The notes under the pieces were generated by a model. The model was not told where the DNA came from. It saw only the letters and a program-made list of their open reading frames with translations, and searched no databases. Both the position numbers and the translations under genes were made by a program. 32,331 bases of DNA from an uncultured virus (IMG/VR IMGVR_UViG_3300037418_002777) (taxonomy: Duplodnaviria > Heunggongvirae > Uroviricota > Caudoviricetes), in IMG/VR virus record IMGVR_UViG_3300037418_002777. One strand, given 5' to 3'. Positions 1-8,400 of the stretch are shown here, in pieces. Within the stretch, counting starts at the first letter, position 1, and each line of letters begins with the position of its first letter.

Positions 1-1
1 C

Positions 2-529
2 CTGTTCCTGGGCGACTCCGACCAGAACAGCGGTGCCGTGTCGGCCGTGACCACCAACTCGCTCGATTCGGCCGCGACCGGCGGCGTCGTGACCCACAAG
101 GCCTGGATCAAGTTCCTGGCGCGTAACCGCCGCCGCCGCGTGATCACCCACGCGATGTGCGACATCGACACCTACCTGAAGATCGAGGGCCGCACCGGCC
201 GTCCGGGCTCGAACAACTACGACCCGACCCTGGCGCGCATCGACCCGCAGCTGGTGGCCGCGAAGAACTCGATCGGCTTCGGCAACGACGTCAAGTGGCT
301 GATCACCGACGACGCCGCCAACGGCGGCCCGGTCCCGGCCAACACCGTGTGGGCGCTGGACCAGTCGCAGGCGATCAAGCTGGTCACCAACACCGCGGCC
401 GACTACAAGGCGACCGAGGAGTTCGTGCTGCGCCGCTCGTCCAGGATGGTCTGGACTTGGTCGGAGGAAGCTCTCAGGCTGTTTGGGGATACCGACCTGT
501 CGGCCTTCGACGTGCTGGTGATCTCGTAA
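2..529 (+). CDS. Major capsid protein, C-terminal part (5' end outside window)
   Basis: Frame is open from position 2 (LFLGDSDQNSGAVSAV...) with very high GC3, as expected for a highly expressed gene. It lies directly upstream of the head-tail connector and tail genes. Call rests on position and composition. Confidence 0.7.
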   Translation: MFLGDSDQNSGAVSAVTTNSLDSAATGGVVTHKAWIKFLARNRRRRVITHAMCDIDTYLKIEGRTGRPGSNNYDPTLARIDPQLVAAKNSIGFGNDVKWLITDDAANGGPVPANTVWALDQSQAIKLVTNTAADYKATEEFVLRRSSRMVWTWSEEALRLFGDTDLSAFDVLVIS

Positions 530-535
530 CGCCAC

Positions 536-563
536 CGGCCGGCGGACTTGGGTCCGCCGGCCG
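536..563 (+). other. Perfect 12-bp RNA hairpin after the capsid stop codon, no U-tract
   Basis: CGGCCGGCGGAC (536-547), loop TTGG, GTCCGCCGGCCG (552-563), followed by CCCACTA. Confidence 0.8.
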
Positions 564-582
564 CCCACTACCTGGAGAACAA

Positions 583-870
583 ATGTCCGACTTCAAACTG
601 ATCGACAAGCAGGGCGAATGGGTCCTGAACACTGGCGAAACCCGCCTGCCCGACTACCAGCGCCACGTGGACAACCCGGGCTCGGACCTGGTCATCATCG
701 AGCCGGGCGTGCCGACCAAGGTGGTGCGCTCGACCTACCTGAAGCAGCAGCCGCTGCTGCGCCTGATCGAGGACCCGACCAAGGGCGAGATCATCTTCAA
801 GGAAGAGCCGGAGCCGAAGGCCGAGCCGGAGCCGAAGGCCGAGCCGAAGCCCAAGGCCGAGCCGAAGTAA
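583..870 (+). CDS. Small capsid-adjacent hypothetical protein (95 aa) with a C-terminal EPKA-rich tail
   Basis: GGAG at 574-577, ATG at 583 (MSDFKLIDKQGEW...). The longer 157..870 ORF overlaps the capsid gene out of frame. Confidence 0.8.
   Translation: MSDFKLIDKQGEWVLNTGETRLPDYQRHVDNPGSDLVIIEPGVPTKVVRSTYLKQQPLLRLIEDPTKGEIIFKEEPEPKAEPEPKAEPKPKAEPK
805..867 (+). repeat. Coding tandem repeat built from GAGCCG/AAGGCC hexamers (EPEPKA)
   Basis: GAGCCGGAGCCGAAGGCC twice, then degenerate copies. Confidence 0.85.
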
Positions 871-888
871 GCCGGCCTGCGCCAGCAC

Positions 889-919
889 AAAGCCCGCGTG
901 ATCCGCGGGCTTTTTCTTT
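889..919 (+). terminator. Rho-independent terminator ending the capsid unit
   Basis: AAAGCCCGCG-TGATC-CGCGGGCTTT stem-loop running into TTTTTCTTT. Confidence 0.9.
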
Positions 920-920
920 A

Positions 921-936
921 AGCAATTTCCATGCCA
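921..936 (-). promoter_or_regulatory. sigma54-type -24/-12 box, reversed relative to the late genes
   Basis: Minus strand reads TGGCAT-GGAAA-TTGCT with exact GG-N10-GC spacing. Confidence 0.65.
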
Positions 937-955
937 TAATGTCTCCTGAAAGGAG
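932..955 (+). promoter_or_regulatory. Extended -10 sigma70-like promoter plus small SD-occluding hairpin
   Basis: TGcCATAAT at 932-940. CTCCT (943-947)-GAA-AGGAG (951-955) pairs with the SD of the 962 gene. Confidence 0.55.
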
Positions 956-961
956 CCCACC

Positions 962-1453
962 ATGGCCTTCACTGACATTACCTCGACCGCCGAAGTGCGC
1001 GCCGTCCTCGGCGTGTCCGAGAAGGAGCTGCGCGACGACGTGCTGCTGCTGCCGCTGTACTCGACCCGGCTGACCGAGGCCCTGCGCGACCTGCACACCC
1101 AGCTGCTGGCCGACTACGCGAGCGCAGCCGCACTGGACTCGAGGACTGACGACCAGCAGCGCTTCGTCGACCTGGTGCAGGCCTACGCCTCCCACCACAT
1201 CGCCACCCAGTGCCTGGGCGCGCTGCCGATGTTCGCCAAGCAGCAGGTCACCGACGGCAAGAACGCGCTGCAGCGCGTGGCCGACCCGTACGCCCAGCTG
1301 AGGAAGGACGTGCCGTCGGTGCTGTACATCCTGAAGGTGCGCCTGCGCGGTGCCTACGCGGGGATCAATCCGGACGCGACGCCGCCGCTGCCGGCCGAGC
1401 AGCTGGCGGCGCTGGCCGCGACCCGCGGCACCGACCCGGTCACCGGAGCCTGA
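962..1453 (+). CDS. Putative head-tail adaptor/connector (163 aa)
   Basis: AGGAG SD, helical character, first gene after the capsid unit. Confidence 0.6.
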   Translation: MAFTDITSTAEVRAVLGVSEKELRDDVLLLPLYSTRLTEALRDLHTQLLADYASAAALDSRTDDQQRFVDLVQAYASHHIATQCLGALPMFAKQQVTDGKNALQRVADPYAQLRKDVPSVLYILKVRLRGAYAGINPDATPPLPAEQLAALAATRGTDPVTGA

Positions 1454-1454
1454 C

Positions 1455-2288
1455 ATGGACCTGGCCGAAGCGTCCAGCTTCTTCGACGACGACCCGGTGC
1501 GCGACGCCTACAGCGGCGCGCTGCTGTTCTACGGCCACACCAGCGCGCACGACGACCACACCTCGTCCGGCGCGACGGCGCGCCGGCGCACGCTGGCGGC
1601 CGCGCCCGAGGCGGCGGCACCGGCGCGCGGCGTGGTCGACCTGTACGGCGAGGTGTGGCTGGTCAGCAACAGCAACCTGGACAGTTTCGACGGCGTGCCG
1701 ATCCGGCGCAGCTTCGGCCTGAAGAAGTCGACCGGGCTGATGACCGCGCTGACCCCGGCCCAGGCCTGCCTTGGCCAGGCCGGCACCGACTTCCACGCGC
1801 ACAAGGAATACTTCCGCGACAACCAGGACGCGCGCACCGGCAGCGACTGGGACGTGATGTGGAACATCTTCTGCCCGCCGTCCGAGCCGGTGGCGAAGGG
1901 GACCTTCCTGCGCCAGGGCGGCACCCTGTTCCGGGTGCGCAACGCCTATACGACGGTCGAGGAGCTGGTGATCGCCGAGGCCGACCAGTTCGATGCCGAC
2001 GCGCTGCAGAGCGCGGTGTTCACCAGCGCCGTGCTCGACCTGGTCACCGACCGCCGCGGCACCACCACCACCTCGGCCCAGGTGGTCCAGACCGACCTGC
2101 AGAAATACTACGCGTTCCGCACCCAGGCCGAGGGCAACGCGCAGGCCGGCGACCGCGCCGTGTTCGTCGCCAAGAGCGCGCTGATGCCGGCCGTCGGCAT
2201 CGAGTTCACGCTGCAGGGCGCGAAGTGGCGCACCCTGGCCGTGGTCAGCGAACAGGACGCGTGGATGCTGCACGCGCGACAGGTATGA
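1455..2288 (+). CDS. Putative head-closure/head-tail joining protein (277 aa)
   Basis: GGAG then ATG at 1455, 1 nt after the upstream stop. Beta-rich; C-terminus (FTLQGAKWRTLAVVSEQDAWMLHAR) resembles head-closure proteins; gene order fits. Confidence 0.55.
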   Translation: MDLAEASSFFDDDPVRDAYSGALLFYGHTSAHDDHTSSGATARRRTLAAAPEAAAPARGVVDLYGEVWLVSNSNLDSFDGVPIRRSFGLKKSTGLMTALTPAQACLGQAGTDFHAHKEYFRDNQDARTGSDWDVMWNIFCPPSEPVAKGTFLRQGGTLFRVRNAYTTVEELVIAEADQFDADALQSAVFTSAVLDLVTDRRGTTTTSAQVVQTDLQKYYAFRTQAEGNAQAGDRAVFVAKSALMPAVGIEFTLQGAKWRTLAVVSEQDAWMLHARQV

Positions 2289-2788
2289 TCAGCATCAACG
2301 CCAACCAGCTGAAGGTCAGCCTGGACAAGATCAAGGCCCGCAAGGACCAGATCCACAAGACCGCCGACGGGCGCTTCCGCCAGAAGCTGTTGTACCTGTT
2401 CGGCCTGGCGGTCAAGGTGTCGCCGCAGTTCTCGGGCGACTTCGCCGCCAACTGGAACATCGTGGTCGACGGCAACATGCCGGTCTACCGCCCGCTGCCG
2501 GGCAAGTACAGCGACCTGGTGCACGAGAAGGGCGGCCACTACCGCGTGGTGGCGCACAAGGCCGGCGACCCGGAGGCGGTCAACATCTCCACCTTCCGCG
2601 GCCTTGGCCAGCTCAAGGGCGTGACGCTCAAGTCGCGCGTGCACTTCGTCAACGCCACCGAGCTGCACACCGACGGCACCCGCATGATCGGGCCGGACGG
2701 TGCCGTCAACCTGCGGCCGGAGAACCTGATCCCGGGCGGCGTCCGCATCGAATCGTATCTGCGCGCCCGCGCGAAGGAGATGGCATGA
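2285..2788 (+). CDS. Putative neck/tail-completion protein, HK97 gp10-like (167 aa)
   Basis: ATGA overlap at 2285. SPQFSGDFAANWNI resembles the gp10-family PVDTGxLRxSW motif; gene order fits. Confidence 0.6.
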   Translation: MISINANQLKVSLDKIKARKDQIHKTADGRFRQKLLYLFGLAVKVSPQFSGDFAANWNIVVDGNMPVYRPLPGKYSDLVHEKGGHYRVVAHKAGDPEAVNISTFRGLGQLKGVTLKSRVHFVNATELHTDGTRMIGPDGAVNLRPENLIPGGVRIESYLRARAKEMA

Positions 2789-3198
2789 GCGAGCAGGCCC
2801 GCCTCGACATCATGAACGTGATCAACCAGATCCAGGCGGATTTTTCCGACTATCCGCTGGTGGTCGAGTCGGACAATCGCCAGGTGGTTGACGAGGCGAC
2901 GCAGGACAATCCCTACCTGCAGGTCGAGATCGACTATCTGCCTGGCGGCGGCCAGATGGACCTGGGCACCCGCCCGATGGTCAAGCAGGTCGGCCAGCTG
3001 TGCCTGTACGCGGTGGTCAAGGAAGGTGCCGGCAGCGCGGGCGCCGGCCACCTGCTCGACTTCGTGCTGCCCTACTTCGACTGCAAGACGCGCGGCATCG
3101 TCACCTTCCACGCCGGCCAGCGGGTGCGCCCGATCCGGCGCAACGGCAAATGGTATGCACCGGTCTGGTTTGACTTCTGGTTCGTGCGCTACACCTGA
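2785..3198 (+). CDS. Putative tail terminator protein (137 aa)
   Basis: ATGA overlap; size, position just before the tail tube gene, and alternating beta-strand pattern. Confidence 0.65.
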   Translation: MSEQARLDIMNVINQIQADFSDYPLVVESDNRQVVDEATQDNPYLQVEIDYLPGGGQMDLGTRPMVKQVGQLCLYAVVKEGAGSAGAGHLLDFVLPYFDCKTRGIVTFHAGQRVRPIRRNGKWYAPVWFDFWFVRYT

Positions 3199-3203
3199 CG
3201 CGC

Positions 3204-3220
3204 CTGGCATGAAAATTGCT
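3204..3220 (+). promoter_or_regulatory. sigma54-type -24/-12 box upstream of the tail tube gene
   Basis: CTGGCAT-GAAAA-TTGCT; GG at 3206-3207, GC at 3218-3219. Confidence 0.7.
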
Positions 3221-3256
3221 GTTATACAGCAAACTTTGCAACACGTGACGGAACAG

Positions 3257-3289
3257 CCAAGGTAGACTGGCGGAAATTTTACCTTGGAG
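3257..3289 (+). promoter_or_regulatory. Hairpin overlapping the tail tube SD, with a -10-like hexamer in its left arm
   Basis: CCAAGGTAGA (3257-3266) pairs with TTTACCTTGG (3278-3287). SD GGAG at 3286-3289. TAGACT at 3263-3268 has no good -35 at 17 bp. Confidence 0.55.
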
Positions 3290-3296
3290 CACTACT

Positions 3297-4535
3297 ATGC
3301 CGCTGCCATCAGCCGACCGCGTACAGCTTGCCTACATCCCCGAAGCCACGTTCGGCGTGACGCCGACCACCGGCAACGGCTACAACCTGCGCACCACCGG
3401 TGAGACCCTGCAGTTCAACCTGACCAAGGAGACTGACAAGGAGCTCAACGCCAACGCCGAGAACACCTCGTCGACCACCACCGGTGCCCAGGCTGACGGC
3501 GACATCAAGGGCCACATGCAGTACGCCGAGTACGACCGCCTGTTCGCCGGCCTGATGCGCAGCGCCTGGTCGGCCTACGGTACCAACGGCGTCGGCTCGA
3601 CCTTCTCGGCCAGCGTCACCGCCGGCACGCTCGGCACGGTGGCGTCGGTGATCACCGCCGGCGCCGCACCGATCAACGCCAACGCGTTCACCACGCTGGC
3701 CCCGGGCCAGTGGTTCAAGGTCAACATGCCGGGCGACCCGAACGACGGCAAGCTGGCGCGCGTGTCGCTGACCGTGGCGCCGACCCCGACCACCGTCACC
3801 TGCGACGTCAACACGCCGCTGACCGCCGCCACCGCGGTGGCCGGCAGCTCGCTGTCGACCTCGCGCCTGAAGAACGGCGTGACGATGCAGTCGTTCACGA
3901 TCGAGCGTCAGATCAGCGAGATCGGCCAGTACATGGCCTACCGCGGCCTGTACGTGTCGAAGTTCTCGACCCAGTTCGCCAGCAAGTCGATCACCGACGT
4001 GACCTTCACCACGCTCGGCAAGGACATGATCAAGGGCGGCGCGACCACGCTGCCGGGCACCACCGCCGCGTCGCAGACCTACGACATCCAGAACGGCGTC
4101 ACCGGCGTGGCCAACATCTGGGAGAACGGCGCGCCGCTGGCCGGCACCACGATCAAGTCGATGAAGTTCGACATTGACTCGGGCCTGCGCGCGCAGGACG
4201 GCCTTGGCGTGCTGGGCCTGGTGGGCGTGGGCATCGGCACCTTCGCCGTGACCGGCACCCTGGAGGTGTACTTCGCCAACGGCGCGCTGTTCGACAAGTA
4301 CGCGAACGACGTCTACACGTCGATCTGCCTGACCACCAAGGATTCGCTGGGCAACGGCTACGTGATCTCGCTGCCGCGCGTGATGCTGACCAAGGCCAGC
4401 GTCAACGCCGGTGGCCGCAACACCGACCTGATGGCCAGCTTCGAGTTCACCGCCTACGCGGACAAGGCCAACGCCAATGCCGCGCTGCGCGCGACCATGT
4501 TCCTGGACCGCTTCGGCGCGGCGGTGACGCCGTAA
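3297..4535 (+). CDS. Major tail tube protein (412 aa)
   Basis: N-terminal LAYIPEATFGVTP and C-terminal VTGTLEVYF...GNGYVISLPRV are typical of siphovirus tube proteins. Followed by terminator, chaperone and tape measure. Confidence 0.85.
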   Translation: MPLPSADRVQLAYIPEATFGVTPTTGNGYNLRTTGETLQFNLTKETDKELNANAENTSSTTTGAQADGDIKGHMQYAEYDRLFAGLMRSAWSAYGTNGVGSTFSASVTAGTLGTVASVITAGAAPINANAFTTLAPGQWFKVNMPGDPNDGKLARVSLTVAPTPTTVTCDVNTPLTAATAVAGSSLSTSRLKNGVTMQSFTIERQISEIGQYMAYRGLYVSKFSTQFASKSITDVTFTTLGKDMIKGGATTLPGTTAASQTYDIQNGVTGVANIWENGAPLAGTTIKSMKFDIDSGLRAQDGLGVLGLVGVGIGTFAVTGTLEVYFANGALFDKYANDVYTSICLTTKDSLGNGYVISLPRVMLTKASVNAGGRNTDLMASFEFTAYADKANANAALRATMFLDRFGAAVTP

Positions 4536-4561
4536 GATCTTCTCGTGGTGGGGAAGTGGGT

Positions 4562-4600
4562 GGGCGCAGTGCCAACAAGGGCTGCGCCCTTTTTGCTTTG
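4562..4600 (+). terminator. Rho-independent terminator after the tail tube gene
   Basis: GGGCGCAGT (4562-4570) pairs with GCTGCGCCC (4581-4589), then TTTTTGCTTT. Confidence 0.8.
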
Positions 4601-4614
4601 CGTCAGCTTTCCTT

Positions 4615-4643
4615 TTGACAATGTTCAACAGCTTGCGTACACT
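4615..4643 (+). promoter_or_regulatory. Near-consensus sigma70 promoter for the tail assembly chaperone
   Basis: TTGACA (4615-4620), 17 bp, TACACT (4638-4643). Confidence 0.85.
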
Positions 4644-4674
4644 GGCCGCTCCACAACTCACCAGGGAAAATACT

Positions 4675-5145
4675 ATGTTTGATATCTTTGCCGAGTACGC
4701 GGTCGACCCGAAAGCCGAGCAGGAGGGTCGCTGGTTCCCGTTCGGCACCGGCCGCGTGCTGGTCGCGCGCGCCGGCAACGCCGCCTACAATCGCATGATC
4801 ACGGCCCGCTATGAGCAGTACAAGCACGAGCTGAGCCAGAAGGACACGCCGGCCCAGCAGCAGGCTGCCGAGCGCCGCTCGAACCTGATCATGGCCGAGG
4901 TGATGGCGCACACCGTACTGCTCGGCTACGAGGACTTCGGCTACCAGGGCAAGCCGATCGAGTACAGCATCCCGAACGCCCAGATGATGCTCGAACATAA
5001 GGAGTTCCAGCGGGCGATCGGCGCGCTGGCGGCTGAATTCCGCAACTTCCGCTACCAGACCGAAGAGGCCGACGCAAAAAACTCGGTGCCTACCTCCGCT
5101 GGGAACTCCAGTGGGGGCCTGAACTTGGCTTCCTCGAGCAGCTGA
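4675..5145 (+). CDS. Tail assembly chaperone (lambda gpG analogue, 156 aa)
   Basis: AGGGA SD then ATG at 4675; lies between tube and tape measure genes; slippery site near the 3' end. Confidence 0.85.
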   Translation: MFDIFAEYAVDPKAEQEGRWFPFGTGRVLVARAGNAAYNRMITARYEQYKHELSQKDTPAQQQAAERRSNLIMAEVMAHTVLLGYEDFGYQGKPIEYSIPNAQMMLEHKEFQRAIGALAAEFRNFRYQTEEADAKNSVPTSAGNSSGGLNLASSSS

Positions 5146-5423
5146 AGGCGGACGGGGAGGACCCGGTAGCACTACGCGACCGCCCCGTTCTCGACCTCCG
5201 CCAGGCCTACTACTACGGCGCGTACCAGCTGATCGCGCGCGGGCGGCAGGCCAGTATGTCAGGACCGTTGGCGCTGGACGTCATCCCGAAGATCCGAGAT
5301 TACTGCGACCTGTTCAACATCACCAACCTGAGCGAACGGGAGCGGCTTGTCCGACACGTGGTGGCCCTCGACAACGTCTACCTCGCCTACATGGCAGAGA
5401 GGCGCAAGCAGCAGGCACAGTAA
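4675..5423 (+). CDS. Frameshifted tail assembly chaperone (gpGT analogue) via -1 ribosomal frameshift
   Basis: A AAA AAC at 5076-5082 in the X XXY YYZ phase. The -1 frame is open from 5079 to TAA at 5421-5423 (KLGAYLRWELQWGPELGFLEQ...ALDNVYLAYMAERRKQQAQ). Confidence 0.85.
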
Positions 5424-5428
5424 TTGCT
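5413..5428 (+). promoter_or_regulatory. sigma54-type -24/-12 box upstream of the tape measure gene
   Basis: AGGCAC-AGTAA-TTGCT; GG at 5414-5415, GC at 5426-5427. Confidence 0.6.
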
Positions 5429-5456
5429 TGCCTACAACAAGCCTCCATTGGATAAT
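5428..5456 (+). promoter_or_regulatory. sigma70-like promoter for the tape measure gene
   Basis: TTGCCT (5428-5433), 17 bp, GATAAT (5451-5456). Confidence 0.65.
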
Positions 5457-5479
5457 GTTGCTCCAATGGAGGCTTTTCT
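5439..5479 (+). promoter_or_regulatory. 14-bp perfect hairpin sequestering the tape measure SD; possible attenuator
   Basis: AAGCCTCCATTGGA (5439-5452) pairs with TCCAATGGAGGCTT (5462-5475), which contains GGAGG. Followed by TTCT and ATG at 5480. Confidence 0.85.
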
Positions 5480-8400
5480 ATGAGCGAAGGCATCGAGGGC
5501 GTAGGCGGCCCGATTGACGTACCTGTAACGTCCAGCGGTGCCGAGGGCATCGAGCGGATCGTCACGGCCCTCGACCGCCTGCACGATGCCTTGCAAGGGC
5601 TCGGGGCCGTCTCCGGCCTGACCCGCCTCGAGCAGCAGATGCAGCTGATGCAGGCGTCGATGACCACCGGCTTCGCCGCAGTGGCGGCGCTGGCGCAGAA
5701 GGTCGAAAACGAGGCCGTCGCCGCTGCTGAGCGGGCCTCAGCCAAGACGCTGAACGTCCACCAGCGCCGCGATGTCGAGTTGAATCGCCTGCGCGGCCAA
5801 GCGATGGCTGATTACGTCAGCTGGTGGGACAAGATGCTCTCGATTGAGGAGAGCCGCGACACCGAACTGAATCGGATGCGCCAAAAGTCCGCTGCCGAGT
5901 ACGCCGCGTGGTGGGAAAAGACGGCCGCCGAGCGCGCGGCGATCGAGCAGCGCCGTGATGTCGAGCTGAACGCGATGCAGCAGAAGGCTGCCGCCGACTA
6001 TGTTTCCTGGTGGGCAAAGGCGGCCGCTGAACGTGAGGCGATCGAACAGCGGCGTGACATCGAGCTGCATGCAATGCGCCAGCGTGATCTGGCCGATTAC
6101 GTGTCCTGGTGGGACCGGACGCTTGCCGTTCAAGAGGCGGCCACGGCGCGGCAGCTGGCGGTTGCCGAGGCTGCAGCCGAGCGCCAGCGGGTCCTGAACA
6201 CCAACTTCATGACGGCCGGGCCGGCCGCGCAGATCCGCAGCGCCACTCAGGCCCAGACCTACCTGCAGCAGCCCGGCGCCACCCGCGAGGGCGCGATTGA
6301 GCGCTACGGCAGTGTGGCGGTCGCGTCCGACGTCGAAGCGCTACGCGCAGCCCATGCGGCGCTGACCCCGGCCGTGGCCAACTCGACGAGCGCGACCGAG
6401 GCGCACAACCGCGCGATGAACGAGGCGCACAGCCTGGCGCGCGGCCTGGCCGGTTCCCTCGGCGGCCTGTGGCTGACCTACGGCAGCCTGGTGCCGCTGG
6501 CCGCGGGCGCGGCCATTGCCGGCTCGCTGCGGCAGGTGGTCGACGTCGGCGCTCAGGTCGAGCACCAGCTGACCAACGTGCTGGCGATCACCGGCAGCGG
6601 CGTCAACCTGGACCAGTTCCTACAGGTGTCGGACGGCTCGCTGCACTCGCTGGTCGAGGGCGCCAACGCGATGCGCATGCTGGCGCAGAACGGCCTGAAC
6701 GCGTCCGAGTCGCTGCAGGTGCTGCCGGCGATTCTGGACTTGGCCACTGCCGGCGAGATGAGCGTCGGCCAGGCGGCGCTGGCCGCCACTGGTGCCGCCT
6801 CGGCGTTCGGCTTGGGCTACAGCGAGGCCGGGCGCGTCGCCGACATCTTCGCGAAGACCGCGGCCAACTCCAACACCTCGGTGCTGGAGATGACCGAGTC
6901 GATGAAGCAGGCCTCGACGGTCGCCTCGCTGTTCAAGGTGTCGATCGAGGAGACGGCCGGCATGCTTGGCCTGCTGGCCAAGATCAACGTGACCGGCGGC
7001 GCCGCCGGCACGTCGCTGACCAATATGCTGACCGGCCTGTACGAGCCGACCGAGAAGGGCAAGAAGGCGCTCAAGGAGCTGGGCGTCGAGACGTCGCTCG
7101 CATCCGGCCAGCTCAAGCCGTTCACCCAGCTGCTTGAAGAGCTGAAGGGCAAACTGGCCGGCTTCACCGATGCCGCGCGCGTCGACTTCCTCGGCAGTAT
7201 CTTCACGGTGCGCGGCACCAAGGCGGCCGAGCTGGCGCTGAGCAACCTGGACGCCTACAAGGAAAAGGTGCAGGACGCGGCCACCGCGTCCGGCTTCATG
7301 GCCGACGTCGTCAGGAAGCTGGAGGACGACACCACTGGCGGCTTCCAGCGCCTGGGCGTGGTGGTGCAGAACAGCTTCGTGCGCGCGTTCGCCCAGGCCT
7401 CGCCATACGTGCAGCACATCGCGCTGGAGCTGACCGACGCCTTCAAGGACGGCGGCAGCGCCTCGACCGGCCTGCAGAACTTCTCCACCAACGTCGCCCG
7501 CCTGACCGGCGCGCTGGTCGACAACCTGGGCACCGTGACCCTGGTCGGTGCCGGCTATGTCGGCCTGCGCGCGCTGGGGCCGACCATCGGCCTGCTGAAG
7601 GAGGCCGCTGCTGCCAGCTGGGTGCTGTCGGCCGCGCAGGCGGCCGAGACGGCGGCAATGGGCGCGCTGACCGCCGCCAACGTCGCTGGTGCCGCCACGG
7701 CGGCCGAGGTGACCGCCGTCACCACCGCGCAGACGGCCGCGACCGAGGCCGCAACCGTCGCGTCCGCAGCGTGGTCGGCAACCCTGTTGCCGGTGCTGGG
7801 CGCGGTTGCCGTGGCGGTCGGACTTGGGGCTGCGGCCTGGCTGCTGTTCCGCGACAATACCGACGAGGCGGACAAGACCAATCAGAAGATCGCCAATTCG
7901 CTGCAGGTGGTCGACGAGGCGCTTGAGCGCGAGAATAAGCGGCTGGACGAGAACCTGAAGCTGTGGGACGCAAAGAACGGCGTCCGGCTGGCCCCGGAGA
8001 CGGTGACCCAGAGCGCGGTGGACGCCGCCCGCGCGCAGGTCCAAAAACTCGAGCAGGAGGCACGCCGCAGGGGCTTTGACCCGGACGAGATCCGCCATCC
8101 CCAGGAGTCCGGCTACGACGCCGGCAGCGGCGTCGTCACGCTCACGCGCAGCTATGACGGGCTGGCGGAAGCCATTGCCAAGGCCGACAAGAATCTGGCC
8201 GGGCTGGAGAGTCGCAAGCTGTTTAGCGATGACGTGGTCGGCCCGAAGCAGGCGCTGGAGAAGGCGCAGAACGCCACCACGCAGCTGCGCGACGAGCTGG
8301 CGAAGTTCTATGCCCAGGCCAGCGAGCGCGACTCGAAGGGAGAGTTGTACCAGCAGAATGCGGCCGTACGCGCGGTCAGCCTGAAGGCGGCGCCGCTGTG

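Noticed and set aside
157..582. Upstream extensions in the ORF track (157, 1350, 1655, 4615, 21369, 22103, 29817, 30293, 30725, 31960)
   Set aside because: They overlap neighbouring genes or promoters; downstream starts with an SD or stop/start coupling fit better.
3219..3229. CTGT...ACAG as a LexA SOS box
   Set aside because: The spacer is 3 nt rather than the 8 nt of CTGT-N8-ACAG.
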